Assembly: GCA_045863395.1 (NCBI GenBank)
Contig: BTVJ01000009.1
Coordinates: forward strand, 32,001-96,000
DNA: 64,000 nucleotides
Origin: Myxococcales bacterium
GTDB taxonomy: Bacteria > Myxococcota_A > UBA9042 > JABWCM01 > BTVJ01
Direction: 5' to 3'
In this document: one piece after another, positions 40,901-50,600 of the stretch
Layout: every line of letters begins with the position of its first letter
Position numbering within the stretch: position 1 is the first letter of the stretch
Notes under the pieces: model-generated
The model's database searches: none
What the model was told of the DNA's origin: nothing
What the model saw: the letters and a program-made list of their open reading frames with translations, nothing else
Position numbers and translations under genes: made by a program

Positions 40901-41715
40901 GCCAGATCTACCTCCTGACGGACGCGACGGACCTGGCCGAGGAGTCCGTCGAGTGGAACAACCTGCTGTGCGTCAACTGCGTCCGCGAGGGGCTCCGCGA
41001 TGACGCAGAGGCCGGCGTCCTCGTGAGGCTCGCGCCCAAGACGGACACCGACGCCCTGTTCCCCGAGCCCTACCGGGCAGCGGCCCGCCGCCTGCCACCG
41101 CTTCCTCCCGTCGTCCTCGACGAGGCGGCCATCGCCCATCCGCTCGTGAAGCTGCCGCTGCGCATGCCGCCCCCCCGTGCCCCGGGTGTTCCGGTGGATC
41201 CGCCCACGGGTCCGCCGACAGTCATGGAGATATCGCCAAGTGGCGGAGGCCCGACGACCGAGGTGACGCTCTTCGGAAAGAACCTGGGAGGCACGACCCA
41301 GGTCTGGGTGGACGACAAGGTGGGCAACACCTGGCCTGTCGCGGCCATCCTCGAGGTCACGAGCACCACCGTCCGGATCCTCATGGGCGACGAGCCGGAG
41401 TGCGGCTTCGTCGTCCTGGAGACCCCACTGGGCACCGCCGAGGCCCCCTGGCCGTGGATCCCGGCCCCGATCATCACGGGCTTCAGCCCCGAGTCTGGCA
41501 AGAAGGGTACGCAGGTGCTCGTCACCGGGCGCCACCTCTGCGACATCTTCGAAGTCACCGTCGGCGGCGGCGACGCGGCGACGGGCAGCACGCCGGTGAT
41601 GTACGACACGCTGGGAGTCACCATCACAAGCCAGTCGCTGACGGGCCTGATCGCGGCGAAGAATGGCGGTGGCACAGGCACGAGCAAGGGCACGTTCACG
41701 GTGCTGAAGCCCTGA
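37975..41715 (+). CDS. M4 (thermolysin-like) metallopeptidase lipoprotein with propeptide, CARDB-like and IPT/TIG domains
   Basis: AGGAGG RBS; NAY, GHELLH, GALNEALAD, DSGGVHTNSG; D.SNN / EESVEWNN; ISPSGG..EVTLFG and FSPESGKKGTQVLVTG. Confidence 0.88.
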   Translation: MVASIGRRIGVAVLLLAQAVAGSSCGPSDDAGRGAGAGADGGGDASDGALSDASGGPAVDGVSSGSDSGAGGADGGGADASAGTVTPPAGLARRVAAIAAAHPTARLRFSQRSGTLVSVVTEPPVVPETLAPLDEPLPPLQATLGTSRAAMASAVLAFLRDNAGAWAGGEDGALRYAFAPDAPETNIRLPVDAANPDLEGYDLAVDDDGLRSVRLVQTFEGRRVLDRYAIGWHDAEGNLLGLLTRLYPLPEGGTGAHVLDEAAALAAVAAADTLAAHDERLTWVAGALEEPEVEQVAEAVWEPEAPHAPDSPLIAVWQVHVRLFGRVALIRLDAASGAVRRAMDVSPSDWASDGTAATVEAVDEIGALHTIASTLHEGRYTMGVNAAWKGGAPHSPFVSPRFLAITDSQEVPSRDPAIITADPLDIPATILDAPNTWAIDPVFAAGGAREATSLLRHLVFALDWWAAEPRSWRGWDGRGGTLWAAVNANFNDPHPVTGLRPPDVNAYGAGGGIYIGDGKDPAGKTTAYSREIVGHELLHNVVEAMVGLAYHDEPGALNEALADFYGQALTVAGNDFADDLMGNDDYSFGRDTVNPGASGRPDRYAKYVLKSGDSGGVHTNSGIVSKALGLLVRDQPAFNGVDVAHKGFLATEELVRNACRMRAFDSETDLEGFAVAVTGICHLKAALKAIALGPGHPAISGGTYEDLCRQVERAFQATDLLPGSFDADLAVVRTNLASINNSGAPNGLSVTVENAGATDPMNLAAFQVAATGEGGAAMELPSPVVWPTSLASTKTVSPGSQATFAFEFATGFLGATPLVAPVDLWFTVLPVSNPNADVDVSNNARPLRVQSDYMVGAARWKPGGAQKGYTAQLLNLTRVGTPAGLTGVYLERSTAHGPLVPVTGAPSAEVTLPADSWGGPSFPSIPLTGDGWSEPPAPILLPAATPYPAYPSWTHGRPGVIDFDSQGGLAMLEGVRQIYLLTDATDLAEESVEWNNLLCVNCVREGLRDDAEAGVLVRLAPKTDTDALFPEPYRAAARRLPPLPPVVLDEAAIAHPLVKLPLRMPPPRAPGVPVDPPTGPPTVMEISPSGGGPTTEVTLFGKNLGGTTQVWVDDKVGNTWPVAAILEVTSTTVRILMGDEPECGFVVLETPLGTAEAPWPWIPAPIITGFSPESGKKGTQVLVTGRHLCDIFEVTVGGGDAATGSTPVMYDTLGVTITSQSLTGLIAAKNGGGTGTSKGTFTVLKP

Positions 41716-41904
41716 GGGCCACGCCGCGACAGCCTGGGCCGAGCCCCGGTCAACACGCGGCGCCCGGGGAACGCGCCGAGAGAGCGGTGAGGAGCTCACC
41801 ACGGTCCCGGGAGCGCGAACGTGTACGGACTTGAGTGTGGGGTCGAGGCGGGCGGATCTGCCGAAGCGGGCGGCCCGCTCGGGCTCGACGTGGGGCACGA
41901 CCTG

Positions 41905-44157
41905 TCAGGGCCCGCCGAGGAAGATGGAGTAGTCGTAGTTGACGTTGTTCTTGGCCGACCAGTTGGAGTTGCCGCAGCTCGAGTCGCTGCACGTCTGCGA
42001 CGGGGGCTGGCACGCGTCGTTGCCAAACATTCCTGTCCCGCCGTAGCAGGGCGCCCAGCCGGACTGCGCCTCGGCGCAGGTGCGGACCGTGCCTCCGCCG
42101 CAGTTCGTGCCACCATACGGGCCGGAGCAACACAGGTGCATGTCGTGCCAGTTGCCGAGCCCGCCGCCGTTGTTGTCGGATGGGGTGCCCTGGTGGGACC
42201 CGATGCGGTCGCCGTCCGGCGAGCCCGTCGTGCCGCTCGTACACCCGCCGCCCGTCTGCACGCAGTGGTTCGCGTAGAGGGTGGTGGAGGTGCGCACCAG
42301 CCGCTCGCTCGTCCACACGCTCCCCGTCGAGGAGTTGATCACCGCCGAGCCGATCAGCGTGTTGTCGCCACCCTGCAGGTGCTGGAACATGCTGTCCCCA
42401 TTGGCCTTCGTGAAGCTCTTCCAGCCGCGATAGCTCCCCTGCTCGTGCACGACAACCAGGATCTTCGTCGCGCCGGTGTAGCTGTTCCACGCAGGGCTCT
42501 TCAGATCCGCGCCGAACGGGGCGCTGGCGTTCCCGAACGTCGCGCTGTTGGTCCACGCCGGGTTGCCCCACCACATGGCGTGCCCATCGGACGTGTCCAG
42601 GTTCAGCACGAGCGTCCAGCCGCCGCCGTCGGTGGTCATGTCACACCACACCTGGTAGGCGTCGGTGGTCGGCGCGCCGTTCGGGTCGATCCAGTACGTC
42701 GCATCCCCGTGGGAGTAGCCCCCCGCCTTGATCCCGGCGCACGACGCGCCAGCCTGCGCCTGGGTCCCCCCGTTCGGCGGCGGAGAGTAGATGGCCGCCC
42801 AGGCGGCCCCGTCGCACACCTCGATCTGGGAGCCCGTCCACCGCAGCGCCCCGGCGTTCCCGCTGGTGCAGGGGCCGTTGTCCCCGCCGATGCGGAACGA
42901 CCCGGCCACGTCGAGCTTCGCCGCCGGGGTCGTCGTGCCGATGCCCAGGTTCCCCGACGTCTCCAGGAGCATGAGCGGGCTCGACACGCCGTTCGCCGTC
43001 CACACGAAGGGGCGCCCGTTGGCGACGGTGTTGAACACGAAGGAGTCGTTGTCCACCCACGGCGTGTCTGCCGCCGCCACGACCCCCAACCACCAGCTCG
43101 GGTCCCGCAGGAAGACGGTCGCGTTCGGGTGGTAGCCGTTTCCACCGATGGAGAAGAAGCCGACCTTCAGCGCGCTGGTCGTGTCGATGGACCCGCGCAC
43201 GTCCAGGGCGTTGACCGGCGCCGTCGTGCCGATGCCCACGCTGGTGGTCACCGACAGGATCCCCTGCACGGCGAGGTTGCCGTAGGAGGTCCCCCCGCCG
43301 AACTCCAGCGCGGTGTGGCTCACGCTGGCCGGGTCCGCCGCGCGCACCCGCAGCCCGTTCGACGTATGCAGGGTGACCCACCCGTCCTTGTGGTCGTAGA
43401 GCCCGGCGGCTCCGATGCCGACCGCGCACAGGGTGCCGGTGGCGTTCGTGCAGGCCGCCACGCCGCCCGTGGCCGACACGTTGCCGGCCAGCGCCACGTT
43501 CGCCGCGATGTCGCTGCCCGCGACGCACCCCGTGCAGGCGACGTCCGACGCCGGACCGCCGGCGGTCGCCGCGCCGGCATAGGGGAAGGACACCTTCTCC
43601 GCCGTGACCGCGCCGGCCTGCAGGTGGGGCGTCGCGACGGCACCCGCTGCGAGATCCGTGGGCTCGACGCAGCCCGGGCAGTCCAGGTCGAGGGCAGCGC
43701 CACCCTTGCTCGACGCGCCCGCGTAGAGGAAGCCCACGTCGGCGCTGCCTACGCAGCCCGAGCAGGCCAGGTCCGTCGCGACCAGGGCGGTGTTCGCCCG
43801 CTCTGCGGCCATGGCGTAGGGGACGACGCTCAGGGGGCGCCGCGGCAGCACGTCTCCATCGACGACCGGCTCGAGCCAGAGCGTCGGATCGCCGTTCAGC
43901 AGAGACATGGGCACGGGCGGCAGCGTCACGTCGAAGACGCCACCATCCACCGAGACCCCGGGCACGTTCGCCACGTGCAGGGGCGCGCCGCCGGTCTGCT
44001 GCCCGTAGAACCGGAGCTCCATGCCGAACGTGCCGCTCACGGGCACCCCGGAGCTCGTGAGCAGCGTTCCCTGCACGGACAGCGACGTCGGAACGGCCGC
44101 CAGGGCAGGCGCGGCGGCCACCAGCCACCCTGCCAGGAGCACGGTGATCTTCTTCAT
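41905..44157 (-). CDS. Secreted adhesin-like protein with fibrinogen-like C-terminal domain
   Basis: Signal MKKITVLLAGWLVAAAPALA; DLACSGCV-type repeats; VGIGTTAP / LGIGTTTP repeats; SCAGIK...YWIDP...VWCDMTTDGGGWTLV. Confidence 0.85.
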   Translation of the reverse strand: MKKITVLLAGWLVAAAPALAAVPTSLSVQGTLLTSSGVPVSGTFGMELRFYGQQTGGAPLHVANVPGVSVDGGVFDVTLPPVPMSLLNGDPTLWLEPVVDGDVLPRRPLSVVPYAMAAERANTALVATDLACSGCVGSADVGFLYAGASSKGGAALDLDCPGCVEPTDLAAGAVATPHLQAGAVTAEKVSFPYAGAATAGGPASDVACTGCVAGSDIAANVALAGNVSATGGVAACTNATGTLCAVGIGAAGLYDHKDGWVTLHTSNGLRVRAADPASVSHTALEFGGGTSYGNLAVQGILSVTTSVGIGTTAPVNALDVRGSIDTTSALKVGFFSIGGNGYHPNATVFLRDPSWWLGVVAAADTPWVDNDSFVFNTVANGRPFVWTANGVSSPLMLLETSGNLGIGTTTPAAKLDVAGSFRIGGDNGPCTSGNAGALRWTGSQIEVCDGAAWAAIYSPPPNGGTQAQAGASCAGIKAGGYSHGDATYWIDPNGAPTTDAYQVWCDMTTDGGGWTLVLNLDTSDGHAMWWGNPAWTNSATFGNASAPFGADLKSPAWNSYTGATKILVVVHEQGSYRGWKSFTKANGDSMFQHLQGGDNTLIGSAVINSSTGSVWTSERLVRTSTTLYANHCVQTGGGCTSGTTGSPDGDRIGSHQGTPSDNNGGGLGNWHDMHLCCSGPYGGTNCGGGTVRTCAEAQSGWAPCYGGTGMFGNDACQPPSQTCSDSSCGNSNWSAKNNVNYDYSIFLGGP

Positions 44158-44472
44158 GCGGCCCTCCTTTGGGATCGCGTGTCCTGGGCGAATGACGCAG
44201 CGCACCCATGTTTGCGCTTGTGGCGTGCAAGAGCAAGGCATATTCGCCGAGTCGTGGGAGAGCAGCCTGGTCGACTCCAAGCTCCAGGCCCGGCGGTGAG
44301 CGCCCTGCCACGGCACCGCAGGCACGGTCAGCCACACCCAACGCGCCGAGGCAGAAGGTGGTGCCCCGGTCGACGTGGCGGGTCCTCCTCCAGCCGCCAC
44401 ACCTCATGCCCCCCTACCGCGAGGCTGGCAAATGGTGGAGAATCCTCGCCGGACGTGCGAACGGGAGCCTCT

Positions 44473-46722
44473 ATGAAGACGGTGCGCTGGATGGTGGCCT
44501 GGGCGGCTTGGACGCTGGCAGCAGCCTGCGGGTCTGCGGGCGACGGTCAGGACGGGGTGGGCGACGTAGACGGGGGAACGGCTGGGTCCCTGGACGGCTC
44601 GGAGTCTGTGGATGGACTGGATGGGGCAGGCGGCCCCGCGAACAGCGATGCCACCGCCGACACCCCGGACGTGGCAGGAGACGCGGGGAGCGCCCCGGAC
44701 ACGTCGCAACCAGGCGACGCGACGGACGCGACGAGCCCGGGCGACGCAGCCGCGGACGCAGTCGCGGACAGCACCGCGGACACCATGGACGCGACGGCCG
44801 ACGACGCGAGCGCCGAGGTGACGGACGCCGGGCCCGATGCGAGCGACGCCGCGACGCTCCCGCCCGTGTGCAGCGCTCCCCCCGCGGTGGCCCCGGCCGC
44901 GTCCACCGTCACCTACGACGTGCCGGCGCCCCAGGTCGGCGTGGACCCGCTGGAGCGGTCGCTGTACGAGGCGGTGCGCGCGGCGGCCCTCGCCGACCCG
45001 GACCTGCACTTCGTCGCGACGTGGGACCACGACGCCCAGGTCTACCGGGTCGACGCGGAAGGAGGCTTCGTCGCCTTCGAGCGCACCCCCGCGGGCATCG
45101 CCTTCGTCGAGGGGGACGCGACGAGTGTGTTCCCGAACACGACGGCGGAGGTGCTCGGCGACTACGCGAGCACCCTCGCCGCCTTCGAGAACCCGAGCGG
45201 CTACACGGGCGCCGACCTCGGGTATGCGCCCGGCGACCCCCGCGTAGGCTTCCTGCCGCCGGAGCTGGAGAGCTTTCCGGCCGCCTTCGAGCGGATCGCG
45301 GCCCTCTTCGACTCGCCGGACGCGCCCGACGTGGTCGTCGGCCACCGGAGCTGGTCGGCCGGGCCTGGAGGCTCCCACGGCGCGCTGAGCGCCGTCCAGT
45401 CTCGGGCGACCCTCGTGATCTCGGGGCGTGGCGCAAAGAAGGGGGTGGTCCTGGAGGCCGCGGCGGCGCTCCCCGACGTGGCCCCGACCATCCTCGCGGC
45501 GCTGGGGGCCGGCACGACGTCCGGGCGCGGGCCGGACGGCGCCTACGACGACGGCCTCTACATGGAGCGCCAGGACGGCCGCGTGCTGTGGGAGGCGCTC
45601 GCGGACGACCCGTGCGACCGCCCGCGGCACGCCATCCTGCTGCTGTTCGACGGGCTCTCGCAGACGGAGCTCCTGCACCAGGCGCTGGCGGGGGACGCCG
45701 CCATCCCCACCCTGAAGGCGCTGGTCGACGACGGGGTCGCCTGGCGCTACGGGGCCACGGTGAACTACCCGTCGGTCTCGGCGCCGGGCCACATGACCGC
45801 GGGCTCCGGCGTGTGGTCCGGGCACCACGGCATCATCTCCAACGCCTTCTACCGGCGCAGCGCCAAGAAGGACATCAACCCGTTCGCGCTGCTCGACGAC
45901 GTGCAGGCCACCCTCGCGGACCCGCTGAAGGCCGTCGCCCTTTATGAAGAGGCCCTGATGGACGGGTTCCAGACGCTGGCCCAGGCAGCGCACGCCCGGT
46001 TCGGGGACTTCGACCCGGTGACGGGCGAAGGAGCCTTCGTCGCCGTGGTGAACGAGCTGCCCATCGGCGGAGCGGACTGGACGACCGTGCACCTGCTGCT
46101 CGGCGCGGGCCCCGGCCCGCTGGCGCTGTCGCTCCAGGAGTACGAGATGGCGGACAACCTGGCCGTGACGCAGGTCGCGAACCTGCTGGGGGACACGGCC
46201 CTGCCGGCGCCTCTGATCCTCCAGATGTCACTGGTCAAGACGGACGGGGCGGGAGAGACGGACGGCCCCCACGGGGACGGGCTGCGGCAGACGCTGGAGG
46301 AGACCGACGCGCGGGTCGCGGCCATCTTGAAGGCCTACGCGGACAGGGGCGTGCTGGAGGACACGCTGGTCGTCCTCGTGTCGGACCACGGGATGGAGCT
46401 CCAGGACCCGCTTCGGACGACCAGCGTGGGGAAGGCGGTCTCCGCGGCCGGCGTGAAGGCGCGCATCCATTCGCCAGGGCTCGTGTGGTTCCCCGTGCTC
46501 GAGCTGCACCAGGCGGCGACGGACGGCGGCCTGGTCGTCACCGTGCGCGACCACGACAACGGCGCACCGGTGAGCGGCGCGACCGTGTCTTGCGATGACT
46601 GCGCTCCAGCCGTGACGGACGCGGGCGGGGTCGCCACCCTGTCCCCGGGCCCCGGGGCGACGATGGTCACGGCGACGCACCCGAGCTTCAACCCGCAGCA
46701 GGCCCCCCTCGCGGGACCGTAG
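44473..46722 (+). CDS. Alkaline-phosphatase-superfamily (NPP/phosphodiesterase-like) lipoprotein with permuted motif order
   Basis: Lipobox LAAAC; GSHG and DVAPTIL precede LLFDGL, YPSVSAPGH, HHGIISN, DGAGE and VSDHGM; C-terminal VTVRD..GAPVSGATV. Confidence 0.85.
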   Translation: MKTVRWMVAWAAWTLAAACGSAGDGQDGVGDVDGGTAGSLDGSESVDGLDGAGGPANSDATADTPDVAGDAGSAPDTSQPGDATDATSPGDAAADAVADSTADTMDATADDASAEVTDAGPDASDAATLPPVCSAPPAVAPAASTVTYDVPAPQVGVDPLERSLYEAVRAAALADPDLHFVATWDHDAQVYRVDAEGGFVAFERTPAGIAFVEGDATSVFPNTTAEVLGDYASTLAAFENPSGYTGADLGYAPGDPRVGFLPPELESFPAAFERIAALFDSPDAPDVVVGHRSWSAGPGGSHGALSAVQSRATLVISGRGAKKGVVLEAAAALPDVAPTILAALGAGTTSGRGPDGAYDDGLYMERQDGRVLWEALADDPCDRPRHAILLLFDGLSQTELLHQALAGDAAIPTLKALVDDGVAWRYGATVNYPSVSAPGHMTAGSGVWSGHHGIISNAFYRRSAKKDINPFALLDDVQATLADPLKAVALYEEALMDGFQTLAQAAHARFGDFDPVTGEGAFVAVVNELPIGGADWTTVHLLLGAGPGPLALSLQEYEMADNLAVTQVANLLGDTALPAPLILQMSLVKTDGAGETDGPHGDGLRQTLEETDARVAAILKAYADRGVLEDTLVVLVSDHGMELQDPLRTTSVGKAVSAAGVKARIHSPGLVWFPVLELHQAATDGGLVVTVRDHDNGAPVSGATVSCDDCAPAVTDAGGVATLSPGPGATMVTATHPSFNPQQAPLAGP

Positions 46723-46891
46723 AGTCGCGGGAGAGGCGCCCAGCGCGGAGCGTGGGGGCCGCGGTCTCCCGGAGACCCCGCGTCACGGTGGGAAGCGCTC
46801 TGGAGCAACCCGGCGACTTGTGGGCGCTCAGAGGGATCCCGTGAGCCTTCGTGCGTTCAGCGGGACCAGGTGGCAGGCGCCTCGGGCCGAG

Positions 46892-47548
46892 CTACTTCGA
46901 CGCGCAGCAGTAGCCGCCGCCCGGGTCCTGTACGCAGTCCTTCGACTCGTCGGGGGTCGCCTCGCAGCAAGCCAGGTAGTAGGGGCGATTCGGGTCGAGG
47001 CTCGCGCAGCTCTCGCTGAAGAACTCGTCGTAGATGCAGCCGGCCCCCAGGCCAAAGCAGGGCTCGGCCGTGCCTGGACCCGCGTCCTTGTCGCCACCCG
47101 GGCTGCCCCCGCCGCCAGGGTCGCCGGTGCCCGAGCCCGCATCCTTGTCGCCGCCCGGGCTGCCGCCGCCGGACGGGCCGCCGGAGCCACTGCTCGTCGT
47201 TGTGGTGCACTTCTGGAGCGCGGCGAGGTCGCAGCCGGCCCCCTCGATGCACACGAGCTGAGGCTCGGTCAGGGAGGGGCAGTACTGGTCGCACATCGAC
47301 GGGGGCAGGCCGCACTTGGACGCTGCTGTTCCGCAGCGGGCCGGACAGTCGGTCGCAGGCGCCGCGCCAGCCCCGCCGCCGGTCCCGCCGCCAGCACCGC
47401 CAGCAACGCCAGCACCGCCAGCACCGCCAGCACCGCCGCCAGCACCGCCAGCACCGACCGCATCGGCGCTCCCGCTGCCCTTGTCGCTCTCACACGCGCC
47501 GGCGGCCGCCGCCAGGGCGAGCACCGCGATGAACGTGACCCTCTTCAT
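46892..47548 (-). CDS. Gly-rich, Cys-rich lipoprotein
   Basis: MKRVTFIAVLALAAAAGAC; GAG repeats; duplicated GGGSPGGDKDAG; Cys modules. Confidence 0.75.
   Translation of the reverse strand: MKRVTFIAVLALAAAAGACESDKGSGSADAVGAGGAGGGAGGAGGAGVAGGAGGGTGGGAGAAPATDCPARCGTAASKCGLPPSMCDQYCPSLTEPQLVCIEGAGCDLAALQKCTTTTSSGSGGPSGGGSPGGDKDAGSGTGDPGGGGSPGGDKDAGPGTAEPCFGLGAGCIYDEFFSESCASLDPNRPYYLACCEATPDESKDCVQDPGGGYCCASK
47388..47456. repeat. 9-bp tandem repeat CCGCCAGCA (about 7 units) encoding a Gly/Ala linker
   Basis: Visible directly in the sequence. Confidence 0.8.
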
Positions 47549-47664
47549 CTCCACAACCTCCAAGAATCTGGCGCCGCCCAGGGGGTCGAATCGACCTTGG
47601 ACCCGAGGCGGATCGGACGGAGTGTGGCGAGCGCGTGCGCAGGACGCAAGGACCCACTCGCGGG

Positions 47665-50600
47665 TCACCGGAATTGGGGGCGTCGAGCCCAGGCGGACGA
47701 TGCTGGCCCACGCCGTCGCCGTTCAGGTCGCCCCACGTTGGCGACCGGCGTGCCCGCGCCTGTCAGGCCCGGATCGAGGATGCACTGCCCCCCGTCACCC
47801 TCCGAGGCGTCCAGATCGATGTCCGGCAGGGGCGCGCCGCCGCCGTCGCGCCCGAACGCCAGGCAGAAGCCGCTCAAGTCGCCGCCGCCGAGCGCCAGGT
47901 CCGGCAGGCCGTCGCCGTTGACGTCCCCGACCGCGACCACGACGCTGTCGAGGCGCTCCGGGAAGCCGGCGGGCGGGCTGAAGGAGTGGGTGATGCGCGC
48001 CACGCGCAGCCTCACCAGGTCGGTGCCCACGGTGCCCCCGCCGCTGACCGGCGAGGCGTTGCCCGCGCCGTCCGTCGCCCGCACGGCGAACCACCACATG
48101 CCGTCCGGCAACGCCGACCACCTGCAGGCGGTCGCGTTGACGGAGCGTGTGTCCGGCCCGCGCAGGGTCAGCACGTCGAGGCTGCCCAGGGGATCACCCG
48201 GCGCGGGCATGTCCGGGGCGAGCGGCAGGTCTGTCGCCAGGCAGGCGGCGTCCCAGTCCTCCTCGCTGGTGATGGGCTCGCGGGCATAGCGCACCACGTA
48301 GGACGCGGCCGGGCCGCCGGGGACGCCCGTGTTCGACGCGGGGGGCTGCCACCGGAGCGTGACGGCGGGCAGCCGTGGCATGACGTCCAGCGCCGAGATG
48401 GGCTCGAGCACGGCCTCCTCGGGGGGAGACAGGTCGACGGTCGCCGTGAAGCTGGCGCTGGTCGTGTTTCCGACCGTGTCCTCGGCCGTGACCGTCACCG
48501 TGTGGGTCGCCTGGTCGGGGAGCGAGATCCAGAGGAAGTCGTGGCTCCCGGGGAGGGCGGGGAGCGAGACGGGGGCCGCCAGCGGGAGCCCACCTGCGCT
48601 CAGCGAGAGGCGCCCCGCACCGCCGTCGTTCATCGTGACGCGCAGGTGGCCCTCCAGCGAGGTCGTGGACGCGGGCGCCCGGTCGGACGCTGCACCCCAC
48701 ACGACGACGGCGCCGGACTCCGGGGTCGCAAAGCCGCCAACGTCTCCCGCCACGAAGTCCACGTCCGGCGGCACCAGGTCGACGCGCACCTCGAAGGGAG
48801 CAGTCTCTGCGGCGGGAGCGCCCTCGATGGTCGCCTCGGCCCACAGGGACGTCACGGCGCCGTGGGCGAAGACCACGGAGAGCTCCGCCTCGTGGTCTGC
48901 GGGCACCGCCTGGTCGATGGGCGCTCCGTCCGCGAGCAGGGTCACCAGATCCACGTCTCCGCAGGGGCCCACCCACTCGGCGAGCAATGTGCGGGCGACG
49001 GTCGCGCAGCCGGGCTCGGCGCAGTCGGCCATGCGAATGGCGCCGTCCGCCGGCAGGCCCGCCAGGGCGAGCACGCAGGCGCTCAGCCTCAGGTGCACGT
49101 CCCGGGTCGCGGTGCTCACGTTGCCGGCGGCGTCCCGAGCGCGGGCCTCGATGCGGCGCCACGACTCGGCCGCCGGCGCAACCAGAGTCAAGGCCACCGG
49201 AGCCTCGGGGCCGCCCGACGCCATGCCCGAGGCGCCGAGAATCGCTCCGCCACAGCCCGACCAATCCGGGGCGCAGCCACTCTGCACCAGCAGCTCCCAC
49301 GAGTCTGCGCCCGCCGTCGAGATTGCAGCCGCAGCCTGGAAGCCACCCTTGGACGTCTGCGCGTCGTCTGCGTCGACCAGGTCTGCGCCGGGCGCCAGGA
49401 TCGTGACCTCCGGCGGAGTCGCGTCCACGACGATGGACGCGGGCAGCGTGGCTGCGGTGGCCGTGTTTCCGGCGAAGTCCTCCAGCTCGGCCGCCAGCAC
49501 GTGAACGCCGTCGCTCAGCGCGCCCCACGTCGCGTGGGGGAAGACGGCCTGGTGGTCTGCTCCAGTGACCGTGTCGCCGATCAACGCCTCTCCGTCGCGG
49601 AGCCGCACCGTGGCTCCAGCCTCCGACGCCAGCAGGCGCACGTCCAGCGGCGCGCCGGCCAGCGCGGGGCTGCCTGCGGGCGACAGGAAGGTCAGCGAGA
49701 GTGGCTCGACCTTGACCAGCCACAGGCTCGGGAGGGACAGGGGGCTGCTCGGAGCGAGGCTCGCGTTGCCGACCGCGTCGAAGACGACGGCGCGCACGTC
49801 CTTGAGCCCGTCGGTCGCAAAGTCCAGCGCCGACGTCCCGGCGCCTCCGGTGATCGGGAAGCTCTGCCGGATCTGCCCGTTCACCCAGAGCTGCCCTCCC
49901 CCATTCAAAGGAACGCCGCCGTCCGTGGCGGACACGGCAAAGGCGAAGGTCCCTGGCGCTGCCTGATCGGCCTGGCTCAGCACCCCCGCGGGAGGCAGAG
50001 AGTCCGAAGGGCACGTGATGCCCTGGACAACCGGCGCCACGGTGTCGAGGACAACACGGCGCGACTGGAAGGTGGATCCAGCGTCCGTGGAGGCGGCCCA
50101 CACGTCTGCGCCCGGCACGACCTGCGCCTCTGCGACGAAGGTCTGCGCCCCGTCCGGCGCCCCGGAGGCGCCCACGAGGATCGCCGTCGCGGCCAGTGCC
50201 CCGACTCCCACCTGCACAGTGCCCGGAGTGGCGCAGGCTGGCCCCGCGACCCCGGGCAGGTTCGTGCAGAGACGCACCAGAGAGCCCACCGGCACACCCG
50301 TGGTCTGCACCTGGATCTGCTTGGGCGACGCGATTCCCCATGGGATGTGGCAGACTCCAAGCCAGCAGACACCGGCGCCGCAGTCTGCCGAGCTCCCACA
50401 GGAGCCCCCGGGTGGAGGTGCATTCAGGATGGAGACCACCTGGCCGGACGGGTTCGCCGAGATCACACGCAGGTGGGAGTCTCCGTTGCCGGCCGCGTCC
50501 GCCACGCGGGCCTCCACCGTCCGGGAGCCGGCCTCGGAGATGGTCCAGACCCCGAGAACGACCGTGGTGGGCGCGCCGTCGGGCGCCGTGACTCCCAGGG

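Noticed and set aside
47388..47456. Short repeats (also 27833-27908) as CRISPR arrays
   Set aside because: They are contiguous tandem coding repeats without spacers, and no cas genes are present.
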